Shown: positions 47,358 through 56,693 of the stretch, in pieces
Layout of the letters: each line of letters opens with the position of its first letter
Numbering within the stretch: position 1 is the first letter of the stretch
NCBI GenBank assembly: GCA_963701025.1
Contig: OY969557.1
Location: 368,622-432,621 of the forward strand
Source: an uncultured bacterium
Lineage (GTDB): Bacteria; Patescibacteriota; Minisyncoccia; Phycocordibacterales; PALSA-1337
Length of the DNA stretch: 64,000 nucleotides
Direction: 5' to 3'
Program-made: the position numbers and the translations under genes
The notes under the pieces: generated by a model
What the model was told of the DNA's origin: nothing
The model's database searches: none
What the model saw: only the letters and a program-made list of their open reading frames with translations

Positions 47358-48365
47358 TTATAGCAGGTATGCCGATCTTAACTTCTCGATTTGGGCTTTT
47401 AGTTTATGACTATTGCCGTGACTGATCAGACCGAGATAAGACTGTACGGTCTCCGCTTTTCCGCCTTTTTCCTCGATCGTTCTAAACATCTTCCGCTTCG
47501 TTGCAGTTCGTAGCACACGATGATCCGTAAAATTGATCCATCCGAGGTAGTCGACGCCGGAGGCAATGGTGCGTATGGATATTTTCTTGGGATGTAAATG
47601 AAGGTGTAATCTGTCGTTCAAAAAAGATCGTATCTGCGGAATGAGCCCGACAAGCCAGTCCCGATCTGATGAGAAGAGAACGAAATCATCGGCGTAGCGG
47701 ATATAGTATTTTGCTTTAAGTTTGTGCTTCACGAACTGATCGAACTCATTCATGTAGATATTGACTAGGAGCTGTGAAGTGAGGTTGCCGAGAGGTAGAC
47801 CGATGCCGTCGGCAGTCGAGTGAAAGCTGCCAATGATTTCAGAGAGGAGCCAGATAATATCCTTGTCTGGAATATAATCTTTGATGATTTCAACGAGTAC
47901 TCTCTGGTCAATAGATGCGAAGAATTTCTTGATGTCGCATTTAAGCACCCAAGCAGTCTGCGTGTGATTCTGCGTCACTTTGTATGAAAAATCTCGGAAT
48001 CGGTTTACTGCTTCATGTGTCCCCTTTCCGAACCTGCATGAAAATGAATCCGCAATGAATATCTTGTCGAAAAAGATATGGAGTTCACGATAGATTGCGT
48101 GATGAAGTAGCCTGTCTCTCACGCTCGCCTTGTGGATGTTCCTCGGCTTTGGGTCGGATATATTGAACGCTTCGTATGATGAATGCTTGTAAGTCTTTGC
48201 CACAAGGTCATTATGAAGCGAAATTATATTGTCCATCAGATTTCGTTCGAATGTCTGAACGTCTTTTCTGGCCCGTTTTCCTTTCACGAACTCTTTCCAT
48301 GCCTCGATGATATTTTCGAGGGAAATGATATGATTGTAGCCATGTCCAAATTGAATCCGTCGCAT
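47358..48365 (-). CDS. DGR-type reverse transcriptase
   Basis: RT domains 1-7 with YADDFV. The DGR-diagnostic motif 4 is GIGLPLGNLTSQ (SQ instead of the group II SP). The N-terminus (FNISDPKPRNIHKASVRDRLLHHAI...SFSCRFGKGTHEAV) is typical of DGR RTs. No maturase or endonuclease domain. Confidence 0.85.
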   Translation of the reverse strand: MRRIQFGHGYNHIISLENIIEAWKEFVKGKRARKDVQTFERNLMDNIISLHNDLVAKTYKHSSYEAFNISDPKPRNIHKASVRDRLLHHAIYRELHIFFDKIFIADSFSCRFGKGTHEAVNRFRDFSYKVTQNHTQTAWVLKCDIKKFFASIDQRVLVEIIKDYIPDKDIIWLLSEIIGSFHSTADGIGLPLGNLTSQLLVNIYMNEFDQFVKHKLKAKYYIRYADDFVLFSSDRDWLVGLIPQIRSFLNDRLHLHLHPKKISIRTIASGVDYLGWINFTDHRVLRTATKRKMFRTIEEKGGKAETVQSYLGLISHGNSHKLKAQIEKLRSAYLL

Positions 48366-48378
48366 GTCAGAGAAGTCG

Positions 48379-48389
48379 CCCCCCCCCCC
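48379..48389 (+). repeat. C11/G11 homopolymer in the ~40-bp gap between the divergent avd and RT starts
   Basis: Read directly. Confidence 0.9.
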
Positions 48390-48406
48390 ACGGATTTTTA
48401 CCTGTA

Positions 48407-48760
48407 TTGAGTAAGGTGAAAGAAACATATTTGTTGTGGTATGGATATTACCAGATTTTACCCAAGGCACACAGGCATTCCCTTGGACAGAGGATTGACG
48501 GCCTTTTTATCGAAGTCATAGAGGCCATAACTGCCGCCAGTTTCTTGTCTCCCATTGAAAAACATCCGTATGTCCGGTTGGCCATCAAAAAGACCGACAC
48601 GCTCAAGGTCTTGCTCATGGTTCTGTGGGAGACCAAATCGCTTGATGACAAGAAATATATAGCCCTGTCGGTGAAGTTGGACGAGATAGGCAAGAATCTG
48701 GGCGGCTGGAACGGACAACTCACAAGACAAAACTCCCCCGTAAAAACGAGGGAGAAATGA
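48407..48760 (+). CDS. Accessory variability determinant (Avd)-like four-helix-bundle protein, encoded on the strand opposite to the RT, TR and VR
   Basis: 117 aa. LPKAHRHSLGQRIDGLFIEVIEAITAAS and a C-terminal KLDEIGKNLGGW resemble bAvd (…IAEVGRILGSWI) and the TIGR02436 family. TTG/GTG start. Confidence 0.7.
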   Translation: MSKVKETYLLWYGYYQILPKAHRHSLGQRIDGLFIEVIEAITAASFLSPIEKHPYVRLAIKKTDTLKVLLMVLWETKSLDDKKYIALSVKLDEIGKNLGGWNGQLTRQNSPVKTREK

Positions 48761-48766
48761 AGAGAG

Positions 48767-48890
48767 TTGCGGACACCGCAGCCGGATTGTTGGAGTTCCA
48801 GTCGTTGTCGAGCCAGTTGTTGCTCCAAATCCACCTGTCGCCGTTCCAGTTGAGGTAACGGACGTAGAGGTTGCCGTCAGAGTTGCGGTA
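48767..48890 (-). repeat. DGR template repeat (TR)
   Basis: 124 nt, 111/124 identical to the VR. On the minus strand it reads ...YRNSDGNLYVRYLNWNGDRWIWSNNWLDNDWNSNNPAAVSA with many AAC codons. Confidence 0.85.
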
Positions 48891-49171
48891 TCGTACGGGA
48901 CGCCTTCCGTGCCACCACCCCTTGAATGCTCTCAGGGTTGAATCGTATCCGGCATCGAAATGCCCTAGCGCCTCGTACCAAGTATGTTCATTTTTTAATG
49001 AAGTTCTGCATGCACCACTCTACCCAAAACCTTGGTCTTGCCCAAAGGGTCAATGTGCTCATTGAGATACGCTCGATGCATGGATACTGGATTCGGTAGC
49101 GAGAAACCGTGGTCGCCCGCATATTCACCTACTACCGCACTCGATTCTAGCATATTTATATAAATGACAAA

Positions 49172-49193
49172 CCCCAAGCCGAATTGCTTGGGG
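49172..49193 (-). terminator. Perfect 8-bp hairpin (ccccaagc-cgaatt-gcttgggg) between the target gene and the TR
   Basis: Read directly. On the minus strand it is followed by tttgtcattt. Confidence 0.45.
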
Positions 49194-49290
49194 TGAAGTT
49201 ATACGCATATCTTCAAGAGCGTTTGTTTTCTTATCGCAAGGACAAAGGTCAAAGTGACTGAAGCAGTCCACAGTAACCAAGTCCAGAGTG

Positions 49291-49911
49291 CTAACTTGCG
49301 GACACCGCAGCCGGATTGTTGGAGTGCCAGTCGCCGTCGAGCCAGAGGCTGCTCCAAAGACACCTGTCGCCGTGCCAGCTGAGGTAACGGACGTAGAGGT
49401 CGCCGTCAGAGCGGCGGTAAACCGTTCCCCAGAAGAAGATGTAGCGGGTGTTCCCATTGCCATCAACCTTCCAAGAATCCGGAATCAACTGCGGATGCTC
49501 ACGGAGGTAATCCAGAACATTGGCGTTCAGCACCGGTTGCTTCGACACTTCCTTGCGGAGGTCGTTGCCCTCGATGCGTCCACCTTTCTTCTGCGGCTTC
49601 GACAAGTAGAAGTCAATCTTCTTGCCGTCGAGGTAGAGGTCGGCTCCCCGGCGTTCGAGCTTGGCAACCTTGCCCTTCTGGTGTTCTTCCACCTTCCAGC
49701 CGTCAGGCAGAAAGGGGTCGGCACCGAGGTCAATTGCATACTCGACGGGCTTGATTTCATACAAGCCGAGTTTTACGCCCCTCACTTGGCCGAGGAAATC
49801 CCCGACGGTGAGCGCTTTGACTTCTTCCAATGATTGGAAACCGTTGCGGTTGAATGCGTGTTCCAGCTCTTGAGCCAGACCGACACCGAGTGTTAACCTG
49901 TTATTATCCAT
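49291..49911 (-). CDS. DGR target protein with the C-terminal variable region (C-type lectin/FGE-like fold inferred)
   Basis: The C-terminus is ...YIFFWGTVYRRSDGDLYVRYLSWHGDRCLWSSLWLDGDWHSNNPAAVSAS. The VR occupies the last ~41 codons. Start chosen at ATG 49911 (MDNNRL). Confidence 0.75.
   Translation of the reverse strand: MDNNRLTLGVGLAQELEHAFNRNGFQSLEEVKALTVGDFLGQVRGVKLGLYEIKPVEYAIDLGADPFLPDGWKVEEHQKGKVAKLERRGADLYLDGKKIDFYLSKPQKKGGRIEGNDLRKEVSKQPVLNANVLDYLREHPQLIPDSWKVDGNGNTRYIFFWGTVYRRSDGDLYVRYLSWHGDRCLWSSLWLDGDWHSNNPAAVSAS
49296..49419 (-). repeat. DGR variable repeat (VR) at the 3' end of the target gene
   Basis: 13 mismatches to the TR, 12 of them at TR adenines (coding strand): TR AAC codons become CGC, GAC, AGC, CAC, GGC and CTC. 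The 3' GC-rich segment with the tgcgg-aca-ccgca hairpin is shared (IMH-like). Confidence 0.85.
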
Positions 49912-50098
49912 AACGTGTTCTTTCTCTGTTTCGTGGACATGTCCTTTTCGAGGACTGGTCCAAGCTGTTGGGCTCAAGCTTCGTGCTTTTGCCACAGCAG
50001 AGAATGGCCTATAAATAAGCCGCTTTCTGCCGTGGCAAACGCAAGTTAGGCTATCAAGGAGCTTTACTCTGCCATTATACTACCAATTAGTACCAATG

Positions 50099-50650
50099 TC
50101 AATAGCGTGCAAATATGGCCCTAAATAGGGTCATAATCAAACTGAACAGCCACGCTACACCGACCGTCAATTCCAAATTCCCTTCCCTCTTTTCCGCTTC
50201 ACGGAGCGAACGGGCGGCAAGGACAAAGCCGGATGTCGAGGATGCCTGCCACGGCACGATGATCGCGGCGAAGCGCAGGCCGGAAGCGGTCTGCCAGGTG
50301 ACGCGATCTTCGCCGTGAGCTCTGACATAATCAAAAACACCGACCGGAGGCATAGGCAACTCGTTCCCTGCTCTCATCGATGATTCGAGCACAGTACCCC
50401 TGTCATCGAAGACCATGACGAACGGCGCCAAGCTTTTTGAAGCATCGATAACATGCCTGTCCGCCGGCATGAGAGATGCCGGCGCGGCGCCTACCGAAAG
50501 AGCGCGGGCCGCGTCTTCGGCGAGCTGTATTTGCGGATCATTGGCGGACTGTCGCAGGTCCTGTTGGACGGCGGCGTATATCGTGACAAAAATGACCGTT
50601 ATGACGGCCCCTGCGAGCAGAAATCTGACAAGCGGGATGAACCTTTGCAT
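50099..50650 (-). CDS. Membrane-anchored hypothetical protein
   Basis: The internal start MQRFIPLV avoids overlap; one TM near each end. Confidence 0.45.
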   Translation of the reverse strand: MQRFIPLVRFLLAGAVITVIFVTIYAAVQQDLRQSANDPQIQLAEDAARALSVGAAPASLMPADRHVIDASKSLAPFVMVFDDRGTVLESSMRAGNELPMPPVGVFDYVRAHGEDRVTWQTASGLRFAAIIVPWQASSTSGFVLAARSLREAEKREGNLELTVGVAWLFSLIMTLFRAIFARY

Positions 50651-50724
50651 GCCGTAATTATATGCTATGATGGCCCGGAACGCACTCTGAAAAGTGCGAG
50701 GATTAACCCAAAGGAGGACCTCAA

Positions 50725-51525
50725 ATGCATGGACGAATATGGATGTTCTGTATTTTTGTTGTTTTATTTTGCGAACCGGCACGGACGCAGACGATAACCC
50801 TGAATAGCACGAATGAGGCTGTCGGATGGGCCGCGTATCCCCGGGAATTGGAGATTCGAGCTACGACTGCGTATCTCGACCGGTTCGGGTATCAGACAGC
50901 GATCGGCTGGACGCGGCTGGCTGAGATCGATAGATATGAGATACACGCTCATGTCGCTTCGGCGGGAAAAGACGTCATGCGCCGCTCCGTCATCTACAGT
51001 TTACGCGAGACCGCGGCGAACATGCCCATCGCTCTAGGGTGGCACGATTGGGCAGAAAATCTGTTCGCCGGAACAGTCGGCAATACGATCGAAGGAGACG
51101 TCAATACGCTCTCTCCCTTACCATCTTCCGCCGAAGCTTCATATTGGAAACAGATGAAGTCGGATGGGAGCCTGTCATACGGCCTCCGACCGTTCGAGGG
51201 CAATCCGTACGGTTATATCGGCACGCAATGGGGACACTGGAGAGGCAATCCTGCCGCCGTGACCCTGGTACGTTGGCATTACGACCCGATCCGGATAGCG
51301 TCGACGATCGACGGACAGATATCATTCCCCTTGCCGTACGGATCGCAGTTGAGCATCGGCACGTCATTCCGACCGGAACGCATTGGATCGAGCGATCTCA
51401 ATCCCGGCGTATCGATACGATGGGTATGGTCGTTCAAGACGGTGGCTATGGATGGCAATTGCTTCGTCGGTACGATCATAGACGGGGACTCGAGGATCGA
51501 CTGCGGATTCATCATTCACTTCTGA
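50725..51525 (+). CDS. Secreted hypothetical protein (signal peptide)
   Basis: 266-aa ORF with a hydrophobic N-terminus. Confidence 0.5.
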   Translation: MHGRIWMFCIFVVLFCEPARTQTITLNSTNEAVGWAAYPRELEIRATTAYLDRFGYQTAIGWTRLAEIDRYEIHAHVASAGKDVMRRSVIYSLRETAANMPIALGWHDWAENLFAGTVGNTIEGDVNTLSPLPSSAEASYWKQMKSDGSLSYGLRPFEGNPYGYIGTQWGHWRGNPAAVTLVRWHYDPIRIASTIDGQISFPLPYGSQLSIGTSFRPERIGSSDLNPGVSIRWVWSFKTVAMDGNCFVGTIIDGDSRIDCGFIIHF

Positions 51526-51623
51526 CGCGACACGGCTTCAATGAGACACTACTTTAACGCGACGCGGCTCTCTCGGAGGGCCGTGTTTTTTATTGCCTAT
51601 TTTTTACCGTATTTCGCAGGCCG

Positions 51624-52970
51624 CTAGTGGAGCTTGGTGATATCCCTTGGGTAGACGGCGTCAAGAGTCCAGTCGATGGCGATGCGCAGACGTTTTTTCC
51701 ATGAAAAGAACTTGAAGAGATAGACCGTGCGCCACAGCCACCACGAAAGCTTACCGGCGATCTTCAAGGAGAAGATCTCGCCTACGGCGAACCAAGACCC
51801 GACCGAGACCATGGACCCTTTCGAATGATAATGGAATGCCTTGAGAGGCTTTTTGTTGAGCGAGGCGCGTATATTTCTGGCGACGACGCGAGCTTGGCCG
51901 ACGACGACCTGGGCGAGCATTGGCATAGGCGGCGGGGCGGCACTACCAGGATTTCCATCGTGCGCCGCGAGGGAGTGGGTATCGGTGTACGCCGCCATGT
52001 CTCCAAGAGCGAATACATGACGGTCATCAGGAAGCATGAAATGCTCGTCTACCGCCAGTCGGCCGGACGTGAGAGCCGGCGCGTCACCTTCGAAATACGG
52101 CATGGACGGCTTGACTCCCGCAGCCCAGATGACGGTGGCGGACGGTACCGTCGTGTTATTAGAGAGGGACAATCCATGAGTACTGACCGCCGTCACCGTG
52201 CTTCCCAGATATATTTGAACGCCGCTATGGCGCAGGCGCTTCTCGGCGGCAACCCGCAGGGACGGAGCGAACATCTGGAGAAGCTCCGGACCGGTATGGA
52301 TGAGCGACACGGTCGGCTCTTCGGGAGAACATCGATGCGGGTCGTCTGGATGGCAGTCGGTGTCGTTGTAATAGCGCTTGACCAGGCCTGCTACGAAGTC
52401 GGCGATCTCGGCCGCCGTCTCGACGCCGGTCGCTCCGCCGCCGACGATCGAGAACGAGAGCAAGCGGGCACGCACGGCCGGATCGTCGCACAGGATGGCT
52501 TCTTCGAAGGAATCTATGATGCGATCCCTGATGGCCGAGGCGTCAGCGAGCGTCTTCAACGGATAGGTGAATATGTCCGCGCCGGGAATATTGTAATAGT
52601 TCGTGACCGCGCCGGTAGCTATAACCAAGAAATCGTATTTTATATCGTGCGTCGGCCGGTGATGCGTCTCTTCGCTGTTGATGCCGCCCAAGACATGGAT
52701 GGTCTTTGCGGTCCGATCTATGGCATCAACGGTTCCCTGGACTATTCTGACGCCGCTATGGGCGAAAATCTCACGGATAGGCTCGGCTACCGAGGCCGGC
52801 GCGAGCGAGCCGGTGGCCACTTCATGGAGGAGCGGAGTGAAGAGGAAATAGTTCGCCTCATTGACGATGGTCAGGTCTATGGCCCCTTTTTTGGCCAGAC
52901 GCTTGAGATGGCGAGCTACGTACATGCCGCCGAATCCGGCGCCGAGGATGACGATATGGGGGCGGAGCAT
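51624..52970 (-). CDS. ndh: Type II NADH dehydrogenase (NDH-2)-like FAD-dependent pyridine nucleotide-disulfide oxidoreductase
   Basis: Two Rossmann GxGxxG motifs (ILGAGFGGM; IVGGGATGVE). Start chosen at MLRPHIV (upstream in-frame sequence has non-coding character). Confidence 0.75.
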   Translation of the reverse strand: MLRPHIVILGAGFGGMYVARHLKRLAKKGAIDLTIVNEANYFLFTPLLHEVATGSLAPASVAEPIREIFAHSGVRIVQGTVDAIDRTAKTIHVLGGINSEETHHRPTHDIKYDFLVIATGAVTNYYNIPGADIFTYPLKTLADASAIRDRIIDSFEEAILCDDPAVRARLLSFSIVGGGATGVETAAEIADFVAGLVKRYYNDTDCHPDDPHRCSPEEPTVSLIHTGPELLQMFAPSLRVAAEKRLRHSGVQIYLGSTVTAVSTHGLSLSNNTTVPSATVIWAAGVKPSMPYFEGDAPALTSGRLAVDEHFMLPDDRHVFALGDMAAYTDTHSLAAHDGNPGSAAPPPMPMLAQVVVGQARVVARNIRASLNKKPLKAFHYHSKGSMVSVGSWFAVGEIFSLKIAGKLSWWLWRTVYLFKFFSWKKRLRIAIDWTLDAVYPRDITKLH

Positions 52971-53005
52971 GGGGATATTATAATTCCTAATTTCTAATTG
53001 ACCTA

Positions 53006-53794
53006 TTATATATTCGCAAAGTGTATGGCTATGTACAAGATACCGGCTCCCAGTAGCGTCATGGCCGTGGTCATGAACTTCGGATGGGCGTGGTGGCTCT
53101 CCGGTATGAGGTCGGAAGCGCCGATGTAGAGGAAGAAGCCGGAAAAGATGGCGAGGATGATCGATAAGCCTTGTTCCGGCACGGTGAAGAAGAGAGTCGA
53201 AGCGGCTCCGAGGACTGGGGCGGCCGCATCCACCATGAGCCATTTGAATGCGCGCTTTTTGCTACCGGGGTCGCCGGTTGTCGCGTTCTTCAATATGAGA
53301 TTGACCGTATTGATGCCGTCGGAGAAATCGTGGACAAGGACGGCGACGGCTACGATAGCTCCGATAGCAGCGGATACTTGGAACGCCAGACCTATGGCCA
53401 CTCCGTCGAGGAAGCTGTGAAATGAGAGGCTGCCTGCCCCGAGAATGCCGCGGCGGCGCTGATGCGGCCGGGTGTGGTTATGATCATCGGCTCCTATATG
53501 CATCTCGTCGCCGTGATCATCAGGATCATCATGGGCATGCGCATGAAGAAATATGACACGGTCAAGAACGAGATATGCCAGAAATCCTAGAGCTACAATG
53601 GCAGGCACCGTGGCCGTACCCCAATATTTGCCGCCGATATCGATGGCTTCCGGCATGAGGTCGAAGAAAGCCACGGCTATGACCGCGCCGGCCGAGAAGC
53701 CGAGGACCAGATGGAGCTTGTCTTTGAGCCGCAGGGCCACGAGGCCTCCGAGGAGAGTGGCGACGAACGCGGCGAAGGCTATGAGGAGGATCAT
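53006..53794 (-). CDS. ZIP-family metal cation transporter with a His-rich cytoplasmic loop
   Basis: Eight TM helices; HAHAHDDPDDHGDEMHIGADDHNH loop; HHAHP in a TM helix. Confidence 0.75.
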   Translation of the reverse strand: MILLIAFAAFVATLLGGLVALRLKDKLHLVLGFSAGAVIAVAFFDLMPEAIDIGGKYWGTATVPAIVALGFLAYLVLDRVIFLHAHAHDDPDDHGDEMHIGADDHNHTRPHQRRRGILGAGSLSFHSFLDGVAIGLAFQVSAAIGAIVAVAVLVHDFSDGINTVNLILKNATTGDPGSKKRAFKWLMVDAAAPVLGAASTLFFTVPEQGLSIILAIFSGFFLYIGASDLIPESHHAHPKFMTTAMTLLGAGILYIAIHFANI

Positions 53795-53912
53795 GATGGA
53801 CAATGATACATCTTTAACCTCACATTGACAAAACCAGCAGGCGGAGTAGTCTTTCCTCTGGACTGTTCGAAACGATTGAAACAAGAAACACGATTGAAAC
53901 GAAAAATAAATC

Positions 53913-54407
53913 ATGAAAACGAAAACGACCCCCTCTCGCAGGAAAAAACCGGTAGCAGTATCGTCGGCCGACAAGACAATGGCCGTGACAACGACAGTAT
54001 CAGCCGCTCCGCCGCTGGTGCTGCTCCCTCCCCTGACTACCTATGCCGAACCGTGCATCATCGAATTTGAAGGCGTGGCCGGCGATACCGTGTCGAAGTT
54101 TGAAGGAAGCCATCCCATCGCAAAGCTTCTCGCAATGGCATATGCCGAATTGACAGGCGCCAGCGTAACCTGCAACCCCAATGACGCTTTCGAGCTGATC
54201 AGCTACGATCCTTCCTTGCACTACATCAAGGCTCGAAGGAAGGCTGGCGTGCCGGTCATGGCACAAAAAGTGCCGACCGCGCATGCCGGAGATTTCGGCG
54301 CCAACGCACCTCTTTGGAAAAGCAGGGTGGCACATTCGTCTTTGCTTCCACTGCAACGCGTGGAACGGCCATGTGAAGTCCCCAGACACTCGTCTGCGGC
54401 GTGGTAA
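53913..54407 (+). CDS. Hypothetical protein
   Basis: 164-aa ORF of moderate coding quality. Confidence 0.35.
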   Translation: MKTKTTPSRRKKPVAVSSADKTMAVTTTVSAAPPLVLLPPLTTYAEPCIIEFEGVAGDTVSKFEGSHPIAKLLAMAYAELTGASVTCNPNDAFELISYDPSLHYIKARRKAGVPVMAQKVPTAHAGDFGANAPLWKSRVAHSSLLPLQRVERPCEVPRHSSAAW

Positions 54408-54505
54408 ATGTCCCGAAACAAATAATTTTCGTAATTTCATTCGTATTACTCCGGATCCGTTTCGTCCGGGGTATTTTTATTTCGGCAAAAGATCGTCTGC
54501 CATGC

Positions 54506-55762
54506 CTATTCATACCGGAGCGCCTCGATCGGGCTCTTCTTTGAAGCCTGCCTGGCCGGATAACCGCCGAAGACGAGACCGATGACCGCGGAGACGGAAA
54601 GCCCCAGGATAGCGCCCGACCACGGGAAGACGAACTGCCAGTTTATGGCCAAGAAATGCGACAGGGCGAAAGCGATGATGAAGGCGAGAGACGCGCCGAG
54701 GATGATGCCCACCAAGCCGCCGATGACCGTCAGCAGGACTGCTTCGAGGAGGAATTGGGAGAGTATGTCTTTGTCCTTTGCTCCGAGAGCCTTGCGCAGG
54801 CCGATCTCGCGGGTGCGCTCGGTCACCGAGACGAGCATGATATTCATGATGCCGACGCCGCCGACGAAGAGAGCTATGGAAGCCACGGCCACCAGGAAAT
54901 AGGTCAAGGCGCTGGTGATGGTGCCGAGGGTATTAGCCAAGCTTTGCTGGGTCTGGACGGTGAAGTCATCCTTGGTCGGATCGGTGATATTGTGGGACTC
55001 CTCGAGAGTCAGCTTGATGTCCTCTGCCGTGGCCGGAACGGCCGCGTCTGAAGACGCTTGGGTGATGATGCGGTTGTAGAATTTCTGGCCGGTGACATAG
55101 GTCATGGCGGTGGTATACGGCATGATGACCATGCCGTCGAAATCAAAGAGCGTGCCGCCGCCGGATTTCGGCAAAACAGCCTCGATCCGGAAATTATGGC
55201 CTTTGATGTTGATACTTTGATTGAGGGGATCCTGGGTGTCGAAGAGATATTTGGCCACGTCGGAGCCGATGACGATGTTGCTCGTCATGGAGTCGACGTC
55301 GCTCTGGTCGAAGAACTGCCCTTCCGCAGGTACCAGGTTGAATATGCTCGCCATGAGGTCAGTGGCCCCGAACACGGTGACCTGATAGGTATTGGAACCA
55401 TATGAAGCGGGATCGGAGCCGATGACGACGGGCATGAGAGATACAAGATCCGGCACGTTCGATTTGTTGAGGAGGGCCGTCACGTCTTTCGGTTTAAGGG
55501 AGTCGCTATAGAGAGCGGAGACATTCGATGGGCTAGTCGAGATTTGGCCAGGGATTATGGCGATGGTATTCGTGCCGAGACCTTGCACTTCGCCGAGGAT
55601 AAGATTCTGCGCGCCGGCACCGAGCGAGACCACCAACATGATGGCCGTGATGCCGATGACGATGCCGAGGATAGTCAAAAACGAACGCGAACGGTTCGTG
55701 GTCAGCCCGGTCAGAGATGTTTTGAATAAATGTCGGTAGGTCATGTTATTTCTTGAACTCAT
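54506..55762 (-). CDS. ABC transporter permease, MacB/FtsX family (second copy)
   Basis: Same architecture as 33413-34639 (TERTREIGLRKALGA). Confidence 0.85.
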   Translation of the reverse strand: MSSRNNMTYRHLFKTSLTGLTTNRSRSFLTILGIVIGITAIMLVVSLGAGAQNLILGEVQGLGTNTIAIIPGQISTSPSNVSALYSDSLKPKDVTALLNKSNVPDLVSLMPVVIGSDPASYGSNTYQVTVFGATDLMASIFNLVPAEGQFFDQSDVDSMTSNIVIGSDVAKYLFDTQDPLNQSINIKGHNFRIEAVLPKSGGGTLFDFDGMVIMPYTTAMTYVTGQKFYNRIITQASSDAAVPATAEDIKLTLEESHNITDPTKDDFTVQTQQSLANTLGTITSALTYFLVAVASIALFVGGVGIMNIMLVSVTERTREIGLRKALGAKDKDILSQFLLEAVLLTVIGGLVGIILGASLAFIIAFALSHFLAINWQFVFPWSGAILGLSVSAVIGLVFGGYPARQASKKSPIEALRYE

Positions 55763-56465
55763 CGTTGGCTGTCAGGCGATCCTTCACTTTCACATCGCTC
55801 TCTATCTCTCCGTCCATGAGACGGATGATGCGCTCTGCGTGCTCGGCCGTGGAGGTCTCATGAGTGATGAGGACGATGGTCTTGCCGTGCTCAACGTTCA
55901 GGCGCTGGATGATGCCCATGACGTTCTTTCCCGACTTGGAATCGAGGTTTCCCGTCGGCTCGTCGGCGAATATGACTTCCGGATCGGTGACGAGGGCGCG
56001 GGCTATGGCCACTCTCTGGCGTTCGCCGCCGGAAAGCTCCGCCTGCTTGTGGTCCATGCGATTGCCCAGGCCGACCGACTCGACGGCGGCGCGCGCTTTT
56101 GCATCCCATTCATGTTCTGGTATGTCCGAATAATAAAGCGGCAATTTCACGTTTTCCAATACGGTCGTGCGCGACAATAGGTTGAAAGCCTGGAAAATGA
56201 AGCCGACCTCGCGGTTTCGCAAGAGGGCCAGCTCATCACCGGAAAATGAAGTCACGTTCTTGCCGTTGAAGTGATACGAGCCTGACGTCGGCTCGTCGAG
56301 AAGCCCGAGAAGATGCAGAAGTGTCGATTTGCCCGAGCCGGAAGGACCCATGATGGCCAGGAACTCCCCTTTCCGCACGTCGAAAGTCACGCCCGCCAGA
56401 GCAACGGTCGCCTCAAGGCCGTCGTGATATGACTTCTTCAGGTTCTTGACGGAGATGATGTTCAT
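55746..56465 (-). CDS. ABC transporter ATP-binding protein (MacB type)
   Basis: [35 protein letters not shown]. The track ORF extends to 56663 through an in-frame Avd-like remnant. Confidence 0.85.
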   Translation of the reverse strand: MNIISVKNLKKSYHDGLEATVALAGVTFDVRKGEFLAIMGPSGSGKSTLLHLLGLLDEPTSGSYHFNGKNVTSFSGDELALLRNREVGFIFQAFNLLSRTTVLENVKLPLYYSDIPEHEWDAKARAAVESVGLGNRMDHKQAELSGGERQRVAIARALVTDPEVIFADEPTGNLDSKSGKNVMGIIQRLNVEHGKTIVLITHETSTAEHAERIIRLMDGEIESDVKVKDRLTANDEFKK

Positions 56466-56663
56466 TGGAAATTGAGAATTGTGATTGAAAGATTGGAGAT
56501 CATTTTTTTCTACCTTTGTGTGAGAGGACGCTCTCTTGAGCTGATCGACGAATACAAAATCACGCTTAAGTTTTTCATTCGTCTTGATAAGATCGAAAGT
56601 CTTCTTGAAGAACACGCGGGCTTCTTGCCAAACGGGAATGTCTTCAAATTTGGAATAAGCCAT
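56466..56663 (-). pseudogene. Truncated four-helix-bundle (Avd/23S-IVS-protein-like) gene remnant, in frame with the ABC ATPase, in an AT-rich ~230-bp insert
   Basis: MAYSKFEDIPVWQEARVFFKKTFDLIKTNEKLKRDFVFVDQLKRASSHTKVE matches the family N-terminal consensus (FEDLxVWQKA...QLRRAxxSI) and then diverges after about 52 aa. Confidence 0.5.
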
Positions 56664-56693
56664 GACAATTCTTTAATCCCTAATATTCAATTA

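Larger units (their letters stand above)
47358..49995 (-). mobile_element. Diversity-generating retroelement cassette: target gene with VR, TR, avd (inverted), RT
   Basis: See the component features. Confidence 0.8.

Noticed and set aside
47358-48470. Interpreting the RT as a group II intron maturase or retron RT
   Set aside because: The ORF has no intron RNA domain V/VI signatures flanking it, no X/En domains and no retron msr/msd inverted repeats. Motif 4 is the DGR-type …GNLTSQ, and a cognate TR/VR pair with A-specific changes is present.
48871-49177. Short ORFs (48871..49065 +, 48995..49177 -, 49125..49466 -) within the TR-VR spacer and over the VR
   Set aside because: They overlap the TR or VR in wrong frames and have no coding character. 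The spacer is better explained as a non-coding DGR region containing a strong hairpin.
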